Shown piece by piece: positions 11,534 to 23,647 of a stretch of 64,000 nucleotides of DNA (the stretch's first letter is position 1; each line of letters starts with the position of its first letter). The notes below the pieces were generated by a model. The model did no database searches. It was not told the DNA's origin and saw only the letters and a program-made list of their open reading frames with translations. This stretch comes from Octopus sinensis (lineage: Eukaryota). The position numbers and the translations under genes were made by a program. The stretch covers positions 80,352,001-80,416,000 of the forward strand of contig NC_043004.1 of NCBI RefSeq assembly GCF_006345805.1. Direction: 5' to 3'.

Positions 11534-12755
11534 TTTGAAAGCAGTAAAACTTGATCTCCTGTCTCAACATAACTTCACCCCTACAAGCATAGAAGAGCTC
11601 TGAAAAGTGTAATAGGGGTTGCCCTTCTTCATCTAACTTAACTGTATAAAGGAATTAAAGCAAAAGAATCTATTTAGCTAAATTATAAACGTGAATGTGA
11701 AGCAAATGCTTCTGTTATTCAAATTTGAAACCATTAAATGCGGCGAGCTGGCAGAAACGTTAGCACGCCGGGTGAAATGCGTAGCCGTATTTCGTCTGCC
11801 GTTACGTTGTAAGTTCAAATTCCGCCGAGGTTGACTTTGCCTTTCATCCTTTCGGGGTCGATTGAATAAGTACCAGTTACGCACTGGGGTCAATATATTC
11901 GACTTAATCCGTTTGTCTGTCCTTGTTTGTAATATCTGTGTTTAGCCCCTTGTGGGTAGTAAAGAAATAGGTATTTGGTCTGCTGCTACTTTCTGAGTTC
12001 AAATTCCGCCGAGGTCGACTTTGCCTTTCATCCTTTCGGGGTCGATTAAATAAGTACCAGTTACGCACTGGGGTCGATATAATCGACTTAATCCGTTTGT
12101 CTGTCCTTGTTTGTCCTCTCTCAGTTTAGCCCCTTATGGGTAGTAAAGAAATAGGTATTTGGTCTGCTGCTACGTTCTGAGTTCAAATTCCGCCGAGGTC
12201 GACTTTGCCTTTCATCCTTTCGGAGTCGATTAAATAAGTACCAATTACACACTGGGGTCGATATAATCGACTTAATCCGCTTGTCTGTCCTTGTTTGTCG
12301 TCTCTGTGTTTAGCCCCTTGTGGGTAGTAAAGAAATAGGTATAAGGCAGCGAGCTGGCAGAAACGTTAGCACGCCGGGCGAAATGCTTAGTGTTACTTCG
12401 TCTGTCATTACGTTCTGAGTTCAAATCCCGCCGAGGTCGACTTTGTCTTTCATCCTTTCGGGGTCGATAAATTAAGTACCAGTTGCGTACTGGGGTCGAT
12501 CTAATCGATTGGCCCCCGCCTCTCCAAAAATTTCGAGCCTTGTGCCTAGAGCAGAAAAGAATTTTGAAACCATTAAGACTCGATCTCCTATCTAACGACA
12601 ACCTCCACTCCATCAGCCCGAAAGAACCTCACAAAGGTCAGGAGCATTGCCCTTCTTCATCTGTCTTAACTATTAAAACAAATTAAGAAAAAAGGAAAAT
12701 CTATTTAGCTAAATTATACATACAAATATGAACCAAATATTTCGGTTATTCAATT
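11534..12755 (+). repeat. Old tandem duplication of about 190 bp, split by the SINE array
   Basis: 11534-11723 versus 11724-11737 plus 12577-12755 share GATCTCCT, TTGCCCTTCTTCATCT, AATCTATTTAGCTAAATTATA and GTTATTCAA. Confidence 0.75.
11738..12562 (+). mobile_element. Four-unit tandem SINE family A array with 14-bp TSD
   Basis: Units start near 11740, 11971, 12153 and 12343; TTTGAAACCATTAA at 11724-11737 and 12563-12576. Confidence 0.9.
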
Positions 12756-13089
12756 ATAATTCTTCTCTTATGAAGAAACTTGGGCGAAACATTATTATTT
12801 ATTCTCCGCACTTCCACACCCCACGGCTTTAGTTTCCTTATTTGTATTGACATTTGTCTGACATGAGCCATCACTCGCCTCTTCATATTTTATTGATTGG
12901 ATTTGATTTAGTTCTTTTATTGTTTGACTCAACGTCAAAATTACTAAAACTAGTAACGTACTTTTTTTTGCAACGAGAATGCAATAGAGTCATCGCCATC
13001 GCCATCACAATTGCAATCAGTGTTGTGTTTGAATTTTCGCTGTTTTTTCGTTGAAACTTTTATAGAGCGCATTTGCTGTCCGTTTTGCT

Positions 13090-13760
13090 TTTGGTTTAAT
13101 ACAACACACAAACACGCACACTCACAATCATACATACACACAATAACACGTACACAATCACATGTACACATAAGGACACACACACACACAATTACAACCT
13201 ACAGTTACACAAACACAATCACACAACCATACACACACGCGCGCGTACACACACACAATCACTGTCCACAGTTACACGAACTCGAACAGACAATCACACA
13301 TACACACAGTCACAATCATATACACACGCGTCCGTGCACAGTTACGCGTACACAATCACAAACATACACACGCAATTACACACAAACATACACAGTCACA
13401 CATACACACAGCCACATATACATACAAACACACACACACAATCACTCACATACACAATCATATATACACAATTACACATTCCTACACACACAATCACTCA
13501 TACACGAACGTACATATACACACACACGCACAAACAATCATATGTATACAATCACACATACACACAGTCGCACGCAATACAAATACACACACAATTACTC
13601 ACATATACAATTATATATACACGATCACACACATACATACACGCAATTTCACATGCACACATCACACAATCTCACATGTACACACGCGTATACACGATTA
13701 CACACGCACATAGCGTATACCACTTCTGATCTCTCATGCTCCACTTCACCAATACGCCCA
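13090..13760 (+). repeat. Cryptic (CA)n/ACAATC low-complexity tract
   Basis: Explains the HT/TH-rich ORFs 13011-13787 and 13334-13729. Confidence 0.9.
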
Positions 13761-14301
13761 CCGTGTACACACTGTCACCACAAGTAAAAATTTATCCTTC
13801 AGCAAAGTAACCAACCTATATGTGACTTCTCGACCACCTAGAAATAGCAGATAAATCTCACTCACATAGTACCCTGCCCCATCTTCAAAGTAAAAAGCTT
13901 CTTAACGGTGGGTCCGGGCGTATGGCTCCGCTTCCTTGGAGGCCGGTGGCATATTTGAAGGGAGCCACTGACTATTTGGCTTATACTGGGAAGATCAATG
14001 GAAAGGGTTTACAATTATGCTTCCAGGGACCCTGGGAATCTGAGAATTGTTCTATAAAAGAACAATGACCAAAATGTATTTGAGGATGGGGATATTTAGA
14101 CAATGAAATCCTTAAAAGCATTATAACTACGACAAGATAGTCACGGATGGAATGCATCTGATCATAGGTTTATCATAATAGGGCTGCCTTGTAGCTAAGC
14201 GGCAACAACATCAACAAGAACTAGGAAGGAAAAAGCTATAAAGCAGCTGACCTGCTGGAAATAACATCAAATGACATTCGTCTGTCTTAAGGAAAAAAGA
14301 C

Positions 14302-14353
<52 letters not shown>

Positions 14354-14899
14354 GAGAGAGAGAGAGGAGAGAAGAGGAGTAGAGAACTGGGCAGAAAGGG
14401 AGACATGTAAGAATAGGCTGGTAACAATGGCAAACGGGGGTGTAGTGCTAAGTGATTATGGTAGAGGATGAAGATAGGGGGGGGTGAAGAAGAAATTCGA
14501 AGGATGAGGGTGGGATGGACGGAATTTAAGGTTGAAACGTAATTAGTGGAATCATATAGACTTCACGTAATGGGCAAACGGAGGAAAAAATTTGTGCTTA
14601 CATGAAAGGATTACTTTAGAGAATATATATCTACACGCAAATCCACACATAAAGATATATTGTGTGGGTATATTAATGTGGTGTGTGTGGTGTGTGTGTG
14701 TGTGTGTGTGTGGTGTGTGTGTGTGTGTAATATGATAATAATAATACGTGGAAGGAAATTCATTACTATTTTAATGCATCATATATATATATATGTGTGT
14801 GTGTGTGTTGTGTGTGTGTGGGTTGTGTTGTGTGTGTGTGTAGGTTTTACTATTTATAATATGTATGTATACAAATGTCTATGTATGTATCTGTCTATA

Positions 14900-14932
<33 letters not shown>

Positions 14933-15208
14933 CAGATACATACATAGACATTTGTTTTTATTGCATGTAGGTATGTATGCGCGTATGTATGTATACATGT
15001 ATGTCTGTATGCATGTATTTCGGCCATCTTGGTTTGCATAAGATTTCAAAATGCACGTGATTGTTTTTCATGAAAGAGATTTCAAAAGCTGTAAAACTAG
15101 TCAACAAGAAACGAACAGAACAGATTCTCTTACAAACAGGATGACGTGTCGAGTACTTAAGTGTGTGAATGCCTTCTTCTTATAAACAATATAGGCATAG
15201 ATATGCGC

Positions 15209-15248
<40 letters not shown>

Positions 15249-15459
15249 TACAACATATCATATATATATATACAGATATATATATACATAAATATGTACA
15301 TACATATTTACATATGTATATATATATATCTATCTATATATATATATATACATATATATATATACAAATACATACATATGCACACATATTTCCACCTGTA
15401 AATTTATATCCATATGTGTGTTATCGCGAGCTTTTATATAAGTATCATGCATGCACTCA

Positions 15460-15560
15460 CCTGACTATCTATCTATCTATCTATCAATCAATATAATATA
15501 CATATATATTTATTTATACATATATACACATATATACATATGTATCTACACCCACCTGTG

Positions 15561-15591
<31 letters not shown>

Positions 15592-15659
15592 GTAATAAAC
15601 ATATATATTTATTAATACATATATACACATATATACATATGTATCTACACCCACCTGTG

Positions 15660-15707
<48 letters not shown>

Positions 15708-15866
15708 CATCTATCTATCTATCATCTATCTATCTATCTATCTATCTATCCATCTATCTATTATCTATCTATCTATCATCTATCTATCTATCTATCCATC
15801 TATCTATCTATCTCTATCATCTATCTATATCCATCTATCTATCTATCTATATATCTATCATCTATA

Positions 15867-15900
<34 letters not shown>

Positions 15901-16070
15901 ATTCATATACATATATATTTATTTATACATATATACACATATATACATATGCATCTACACCCACTTGTGTATCTATCTATCTATCTGTCTATCTATATAT
16001 GTATACATATATATTTATTTATACATATATACACAAATATACATGTCTATCTACATATATATGTGTGTAT
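15460..16070 (+). repeat. Compound (ATCT)n/(TA)n repeat with three copies of an anchored unit
   Basis: TACATATGYATCTACACCCACYTGTGTATCTATC recurs near 15535, 15635 and 15945. Confidence 0.8.
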
Positions 16071-16131
16071 GTGTGTCTCGCGCACGTATGATATATTTGT
16101 TTCTATATTTGTGCTGGTGTCCGCGTGTGTG

Positions 16132-16213
<82 letters not shown>

Positions 16214-16727
16214 TGTGTGTGCGCGTGTTGAGGTTATATACGTAGTATTTGTAAACAAAAACGCTAACAGGGAACCGAATCCGTTTATGTCAACAACACA
16301 AGCTGTATGCATTAAACATGTCCTCGAGAGGAAGCCGAGAATTGGCAGAACCATCGTCCTTGGGGGATGGAGAAATACGCAGGAGACGAAGAACTACGTT
16401 CCGAAAATCGATTTAATAGACAAATCTCCGACAGGGAAACGAACGCATTAAGTATGTCACTCCTAACAATGGCGAATAGAATATTATGTTGTTTCCAATA
16501 GAAATATGTACTTGGAAACGGTAAAGGAAGAATTCAGGACTTTGAGGAAATGTTAACAGAGCCCCTAAGGCAACAGCGAAAGAAAAGCAACTGTAAAGTT
16601 CTGTGGCTTGGTGTGGTTGCTTCATGTTTGTTTGTTTGTTTGTGTTTTTTGTGTTGTCTTGTGTCTGTGTATGCATGTGTATGCATAGGTGTATATGTAC
16701 CTTTATATATTATTTATACACACACAC

Positions 16728-16789
<62 letters not shown>

Positions 16790-16899
16790 CACACATATAT
16801 TGTATGTATATATATATATATATATATACATACAATATATGTATATATATATATATATATTATATATTATATATATATATATATATTATATATATACAA

Positions 16900-16958
<59 letters not shown>

Positions 16959-17018
16959 ACGCATTAAACACTGTCTTTGAGTTACTGTGTTGCTTCTGCT
17001 AAATATATTATATCTATC

Positions 17019-17087
<69 letters not shown>

Positions 17088-17090
17088 ATC

Positions 17091-17126
<36 letters not shown>

Positions 17127-17315
17127 ATATATATATATATATATATATAACACACATATATATATACTCATCTTTCAAGTTCTATTTTTACTTTTTAAAC
17201 ATACCTATATCTGATGTATGTATGAATATATATGTAAAATATGTATGTGTGTGTGTATTTATATATATGTATATGTGTATATTTATACATATGTATATGT
17301 GTGTATATATATATA

Positions 17316-17351
<36 letters not shown>

Positions 17352-17961
17352 TTTTAGTCTACAGGATTACAGAACAAAGAATCTCACTTCTGTAAACGCT
17401 GTGATTGGAAGTAGGATGTGAATCGCTTCCATTACAACCTTTTCTTGGTAAAGGAACCATTGTTTAGAGAAAGTACCTCGGGTGCTTTTGTTACCCCGCT
17501 GGTACCCGAGAATTCTACGTTCTACCTTCGATGAACCAAGGAGAGAACCTGTACGTAGCCACCCGATGAGCTAGAAACAGCAGCCAAATCCAGATCATGT
17601 AATGTTAAATCATCTTTGACTCGATAGACACAGTTCGGCTGAATGGTTAAGATATTCGCTTCGCATTCCCGAGGTTCGATCCCACCGTAGAGAATTTTTA
17701 GTTAAGCTTCTAATATTATAGCTTCAAGTCGATCTGTGTTTTGTGAGTGAAATAGTGAAAGGAAAACTATAGAGAAACTCGTCGGATTGATCCCTTCCGC
17801 AAATTTAACACCCAAATTTGTCAGACACCGTGTCATGCTAACCCGTTCTGCGTTAAATGCACACGTGACCGTGGAATATTCAGCTGCTTATTCATTGTTG
17901 ATCGACAGTAGAGTCATCGTTAGCATGGCTTTGTATTTCTTCGGCATTAGACATTCTCAGT

Positions 17962-18507
17962 GAAGGCGCATGGCTTATTGGTTAGGACATTCGGCTGACG
18001 ATCGGTGATCTGGCAGAAACGTTAGCTCGCCGGGCGAAATGCGTAGTTAATATCGTCTGCCGTTACGTTCCGAGTTCAAATTCCGCCGAGGTCGACTTTG
18101 CCTTTCATCCTTTCGGGGTCGATAAATTAAGTATCATTTACGCACTGGGGTCGATGTAATCGACTTAATCCGTTTGTCTGTCCTTGTTTGTCCCCTTCTA
18201 TGTTTAGCCCCTTGTGGGTAGTAAAGAAATAGATCGTAAGTCGTGAGTTCAATTCCCGGCGACGTTGTGACTTGAGCAAGACACTTTATTTCACGTTGCT
18301 CCAGTCCACTCAACTGGCAAAAATGAGTTGTACTGGTAATTTAAAGGAACAGCCCTGTCAAGCGCTGTCATGCTGAATCTCCCTGAAACTACGTTAAGGG
18401 TCACGTGTCTGTGGGGTACTCAGCCACATGCAGGTTAATTTCACAAGCAAGCTGTTCCGATGATCAAACCAGATGGAAAACTAATTGTCGTCGTAACCGC
18501 CAGAGTG
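17962..18507 (+). mobile_element. SINE family C (tRNA head + CORE-like TTGAGCAAGACACTT) containing a nested family A copy (18005-18231)
   Basis: Head GAAGGCGCATGGCTTATTGGTTAGG is split at GATCG, duplicated at 18000-18004 and 18232-18236. The body matches the reverse complement of 57443-57720. Confidence 0.8.
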
Positions 18508-18515
18508 AGAGAGTC

Positions 18516-18601
18516 TATACTAAACATGCAACAATACAAAGGAGATTGGCATGGCCTTTGCGCAAGCATGACACGCAAATTTGTGAAGCGTTTCATGTCT
18601 T
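18516..18601 (+). pseudogene. U6: 5'-truncated, degenerate U6 snRNA copy
   Basis: TATACTAAACATGCAACAATACAAAGGAGATTGGCATGGCCTTTGCGCAAGCATGACACGCAAATTTGTGAAGCGTTTCATGTCTT aligns without gaps to recalled U6 from about nt 22 to the end (14 mismatches in 86 nt by hand). ACAGAGA box mutated to ACAAAGG; 5' stem-loop missing. Confidence 0.88.
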
Positions 18602-18799
18602 CCAATAGACACAGACGTGGTTGTGATGTTAAGAAGTTCGCTTTGCAGCCACATGCTTCCAGGTTCTGTCCCACTGCGCGTCATCTTGAGCAAGTCTCTT
18701 CTACTAAAGCCCCAGGTTGACCAATGCCTTGTTAGTGAATTTGGTAGGTGGAAATCGTGCAGAAACCCTTCGTGTATTTGTCTTATTTTGCATATTTCC

Positions 18800-19090
18800 A
18801 GCACCATTGTTTCCATCGATTCTTGCCTCTAGCTTTGGTTGTCCATTCAGCCAAGAGGCTTCCAGTTAATTCTTTAACGTCGTCCAGCCGTTGTCTTCTC
18901 AGTCTCCTTCTTCGTTTATCTTTTCCCCTTCCCGCTAAGATGTGAGTGCGGATGTTCTGGACCCTGACGACATGCCCAAAATACTGCAACTCTCTCTTCC
19001 TAATACTCGACATAAATTCTCTTTCTCTTTCCATTTCCTCTCATCCAAACTCACTCTATCGAATCCTCAGAACCCATCGTTGCATGTTGT
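18800..19090 (-). mobile_element. RTE-clade LINE 3' fragment
   Basis: KRELQYFGHVVR...RRQRLDDVKELTG (ORF 18783-19034). Confidence 0.8.
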
Positions 19091-19149
19091 TTCCAATGCT
19101 TTGGGTTTCACAGTGTCGTCTGCTTTTAAGGTAACACCGTGCACCTCAT

Positions 19150-19350
19150 CCGAAACCAAATAGGATTGGTCAATGCTCTGACCATTCTTTGATGTCGCCC
19201 ATCCATTGATGTCTTCTCAATCTTCTCTTTCTTCGCTTCCCATGAACATCTTCCCTTTAGGAAGTGGGTGTTTGGTTCTAAGCCCTGACGACATGCTCGA
19301 AATATTGCGGATTCCTCTTCCTAACAGATGCCAAAACATTTTTTTTTGTT
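19150..19350 (-). mobile_element. Second RTE-clade LINE 3' fragment
   Basis: Frameshifted PQYFEHVVRA...HQWMGDIKEWS on the minus strand. Confidence 0.65.
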
Positions 19351-20039
19351 TTCGCGTGATTATATGTGTGTCGATTTGTGCCCCCACCCCCACACACACA
19401 CACAGATTAACTTTGCAGTTTGACTAAAAGATCAATAGAATATGTACATGGGTCAATTTGTTCACCTAAATAGTTCGAGGTAGAGCTCCAGCACGGCCGC
19501 AATTCAATGAAACAAATAAATGAATAAAGAATAAAAAACAATTGTATTTGTTAATATTATTATTTAGCCCTAGGACAGTCCTGGTGTTCTAGCCATAACC
19601 ATGCTTTTGCTGTTTAGCCCCAGGTCTGTTCTGTTCGAATAGATCTATGATCAAAGGCGTTCCAGCCACGACCATTTTGTTATTTTGTATATCTAGAACT
19701 ACCTTGTTCCGTATATCCACTTTTTATTTTTCTTTAAAGCGGTCAGTTGTGACTTTTAGTAACATCTGACCAATTTTAATGACATAACATTCACCAGTTT
19801 GTCCTGTCTTTGGGGGGTCTAATGGGCTTTAAGGAAGAACGCGACACAGCAGCGTCGAACCCTGAATAGAGATTTCCCTTGAAGCGTTTGCGACCGGAGC
19901 CACCCGCGGGTTTATATTCGATGTGGCATGGACAGCCTCCTACAAGAATCTTCGCCAAACAAAGCCAGGATTATAATGAAGTAATAACTACCAAAACTAG
20001 AATATAATTGAACTAATCGACAGGCCGTGAAAATTCCTT

Positions 20040-20430
20040 AGAATTCTATAGTAGAACAAACTCTTCTGTAAAATCAATATGGTTTTAGTTGTGATCGATA
20101 AGAGGTTAATGTGATCTTTTCCTTAAGACAAATCTAATAAATGTCTAGAACCGCATCGTTCTCTATACACAATTAGAAAATTGTTTTTGTCAAGGCTTTC
20201 GATTCACTCCCACGTGGCACTATTAAATGTGACGTAACATTAAGTGAAAAGTGCTTGGGCGTTTTGAAAACCCACTTCGAATCTGAAGAACTGTCAAGGG
20301 TCTTCAAGAAGATATAGCAGGACAAATAGTTTTCATAAGAAAACTTTCTTGGTCGTTCCCTGAGGGAGTGGATGTTAAACAAGGGGATGTCATTGCTCCT
20401 ATCTTGTTTAATGCATGTCTTACGTCTCTG
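20040..20430 (+). mobile_element. Highly decayed RTE-type RT fragment
   Basis: NQYGF, IFSLRQ, KAFDSLPR, GVDVKQGDVIAPILFN. Confidence 0.6.
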
Positions 20431-20605
20431 CTGCAAATAAGTCTTTCTAATTTTGGCTGAAGATCAGCAAAGCAGAGAAGGCGGGAAAGTGATTACATCG
20501 ACCCCAGTGCTCAAATGGTATTTATTTTATGCCCCCCCGCCACTAGAGGATAAAAAGCTATGTCGACGTCGGCGGCGTTTGAACTGAACGTAAACTAACC
20601 GCAAG

Positions 20606-21228
20606 TTAGTACTCCTGACAGTACTCTTCCGCCGTAATGGTTTCGCGTGGATCCAAAAGCTGCTGTGATGAATGAGACCGGCTGCAGACCATCAAAGAGT
20701 CACCATGAGCTTCTCTTGGTACAACTTTGGCTTCGGGAAGTGCCGTGGAGTTTCGTCGGCGTCCAACCACTGAGTTGAGCGTCACCGGTTGTAAAGAATC
20801 CACTTTTCATCACAAGTCACAATCCGGTCGAGAAACGGGCCGTTCTTGTTGCGTAAAAGAAGGGACGACGACACTTCAAAACGGCGTTTTATTTTTTGGT
20901 TGTTGTTCAATTCGTGCGGAACCAATTTCTCAAGTATTTTTGTTTTTCCAATCTCTTTCAAATGGGTGGAAAATATATACCTTACGTCTAATTCAGAAGC
21001 AAGCTCTTGAATAGCTGTGCATGGATTGGCTTCGACTAAGGCTCTTTGTTGATCGTTGTCAACATCCGATGGCCGACCACTACGCTTATCATCTTCAAGA
21101 CTCTTGTCACCGCTACGAAATTTCTTGAACCACCATTGTGTTCATTAGTGGTTCCTGGGCCAAACGCATCGTTGCTATCGCGAGCTGTTTCAGCAGCTTT
21201 CGGCCTAGCTTGAACTGGAATAAGGAAA
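20606..21228 (-). mobile_element. Mariner (Tc1/mariner) transposase remnant
   Basis: Minus strand with indels: FKLGRKAAETARD, WWFKKFRSGDKSLEDDKRSGRPSDVDND, LVPHEL, FLDRIVTCDEKWI, PKPKLYQEKLMV, ITAEEYCQE. Confidence 0.92.
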
Positions 21229-21509
21229 TAAAAAAGCTTTACATATATATATAAAGCTCAAAAAAGTGAAGCAAAATAAAATAAGGAACCTACATATATG
21301 TATCAGTCCTATCATCTAGCTGATGTGAATTTCGAAGCATTTGTTTTCATCTTAAGAAAGTTACCATATTCAAACTATATGCTGGTAGGACTTCTTCAGG
21401 GTTAATATAGAGCTCATGGAAAATTTTGAACTCATTTGTTTTCTTTTGAAGGAAATATAGAGTAATAATGGGTTAGAAGTTTAAAAAAACTCTATAGTTT
21501 TTTTTTACT

Positions 21510-21601
21510 TTTGTCGAACCGCTAAGTTACGGGAACGTAGGCACACCAACACCGGTTGTCAAGCAGTGGTGGAGGACAAAGACAGACACGCACGCTCCCC
21601 C

Positions 21602-21657
<56 letters not shown>

Positions 21658-21703
21658 CATACATACACACACACACACAATATATATATATATATATAAT
21701 ATG

Positions 21704-21746
<43 letters not shown>

Positions 21747-22452
21747 ATATATATATATATAAAATATATATATATTATACATAGTAATACTGAGTAATAA
21801 GGTTTTAGCAACGATTTGCCTCACCACACACCGAATTAGAAATAGCAGTCAAAGAGTTATGGCTATTCTTTCTACTTAAAAGAGAGATCTCAGTAAAACC
21901 ACAGCACTTAAAAGGCAAACAACGCAGGTAAAAGAGAAAGAAATGACGACAATCATTCTATATTAAGTCACCTACGGACGTACGTTTCGAAATTAAGTCA
22001 TAGGAAAGCATAAAAATTAAATAATTATGTCTTACCCGACTACTTTTCTCCTCAGCGTAGGACTCTACAATCATAAATGATCGTGTATTTAAATTTGGAG
22101 GCACTAGAAGGTATCACCCCAACTCATGGTATCAGAGCGAGCGTAAGCCGTGACCAGTACCACCAAATTCAAAGTGTGAATGACAGTATGTGTCACCATC
22201 CTCCTCCGACCAGCGTGCTGCCAGAATAAGATGCTGCGGCTATCTACTGGGATGAAATATGGTTATCAATAATAATATAGGGTGAAATCAATTAATTTGG
22301 AGTAATCATTAATTTCACCAAGTAGATTTCGGCATGTAAAAGCCCCTACTTAAACCTTCCTCGAATGGGGCTTTTACATGCCGAAATCTACTTGGTGAAA
22401 TTAATGATTACTCCAAATTAATTGATTTCACCCTATATTATTATTGATAACC

Positions 22453-22518
<66 letters not shown>

Positions 22519-22682
22519 CGGACTTCTTTCACTTTCCGTCTACTAAATCCATTCCCAAGGTTTAGTCGTCCTGAGGTCATTCATAGTAGTAGAGAATTGC
22601 CCAAGGTGCAACATAGTGGGACTGAACCTGGAACAATGTGGTTGGGAAGCGCGCTTCTTACCACGCGGCCACACTTGCACCT
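21510..22682 (-). mobile_element. SINE family B (minus) with a roughly 680-bp block inside its internal microsatellite
   Basis: Mid-tail at 21510-21590, head at 22515-22682; the foreign block at about 21780-22456 lies between (TA)n halves. Confidence 0.75.
22257..22456. repeat. Perfect inverted repeat, 90-bp arms, 20-bp spacer
   Basis: 22257-22346 is the exact reverse complement of 22367-22456 (checked base by base). Confidence 0.95.
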
Positions 22683-22904
22683 ATAACAATGAAATTGTTC
22701 TCACGGCCCACTTGTATGAAGGTGAAGTATGGATGCTTGTTTGGAATATAGTAAAATGCTTGGAACGTTTCCATAAAATAATTTTGTAAGTGTTGGCATG
22801 GATTAAAGGAGTTCTCTTTGTAAAAACATAGTTTCAGGTTCAATCCCACTGCACGGCATTATGGGCAAGTGTCTTCTAAACATATATATCTATATGAATG
22901 CATT

Positions 22905-23397
22905 CCGTATACACTAGGCTATAAGTCGCACTTTTTCCCGGAAATCTTCACCTATGGTTGGAGGTACGATTTATAAGCGCATCCTATAAAAAAAATCTTC
23001 AGGTATTTTCTAGGTACAAGCCACGTCGGAAGTTCCGACACCTGGAATAACCGAAAAAAAACCCCCAAAAATTAAAGGGAAAGTATCGAGGCAATTAAGT
23101 CTCAATATGATAAACAAGTCAACTAGTGGTATCAAGGATAACATTCTACATTGTAAAACAGATTCTTAAATGCATGGGCCTAATGGGGGTAACAGTTGCA
23201 AGTCACCTTCAGCTTACTGAAAGCTCGGTTACCAAACAACAATTATGTTGACGCAATTCCTTATAGAACTTCGCACTCTAATATCAAAAAAGACGTTGCG
23301 ATTTATAGTTGGGTCAATGATAAAAATACTGATTTGAACCTTGAAAGTCGGGGGTGCGTCTTATAGGCGAAGGCGCTTTATAGTCGAGTATATACGG
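22905..23397. mobile_element. Tc1/mariner-Tigger-like MITE
   Basis: Imperfect TIRs CCGTATACACTAGGCTATAAG and TTTATAGTCGAGTATATACGG; TA on the right flank. Confidence 0.75.
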
Positions 23398-23411
23398 TAT
23401 ATACATGAACG

Positions 23412-23647
23412 CCTTATATACATACATAAGGCAGCGAGCTGGCAGAAACGTTAGCACGCCGGGCGAAATGCGTAGCCGTATTTCGTCTGTCGTTACGTTG
23501 CGAGTTCAAATTCCGCCGAGGTCGACTTTGCCTTTAATCCTTTCGGAGTCGATAAATTAAGTACCTGTTACGCACTGGGGTTGATGTAATCGACTTAATA
23601 CCTATGTCTGTCCTTGTTTGTCCCCTCTTGTGGGTAATAAAGAAATA
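23412..23647 (+). mobile_element. SINE family A with 16-bp TSD and 17 extra 5' nt
   Basis: GGTATATACATGAACG at 23396-23411 and 23648-23663. Confidence 0.85.

Noticed and set aside
13011-13787. Long His/Thr-rich ORFs, and likewise the CV-, YI-, LSIY- and homopolymer-rich ORFs elsewhere
   Set aside because: Translations of microsatellites that lack stop codons.
17630-17695. tRNA gene (also the tRNA-like heads at 30810-30883 and 53205-53275)
   Set aside because: A/B-box-like motifs but no cloverleaf; these are SINE heads.
18516-18601. Functional U6 gene
   Set aside because: 5' stem-loop absent, ACAGAGA box mutated, no oligo-T terminator, and upstream sequence is a SINE rather than a PSE/TATA promoter.
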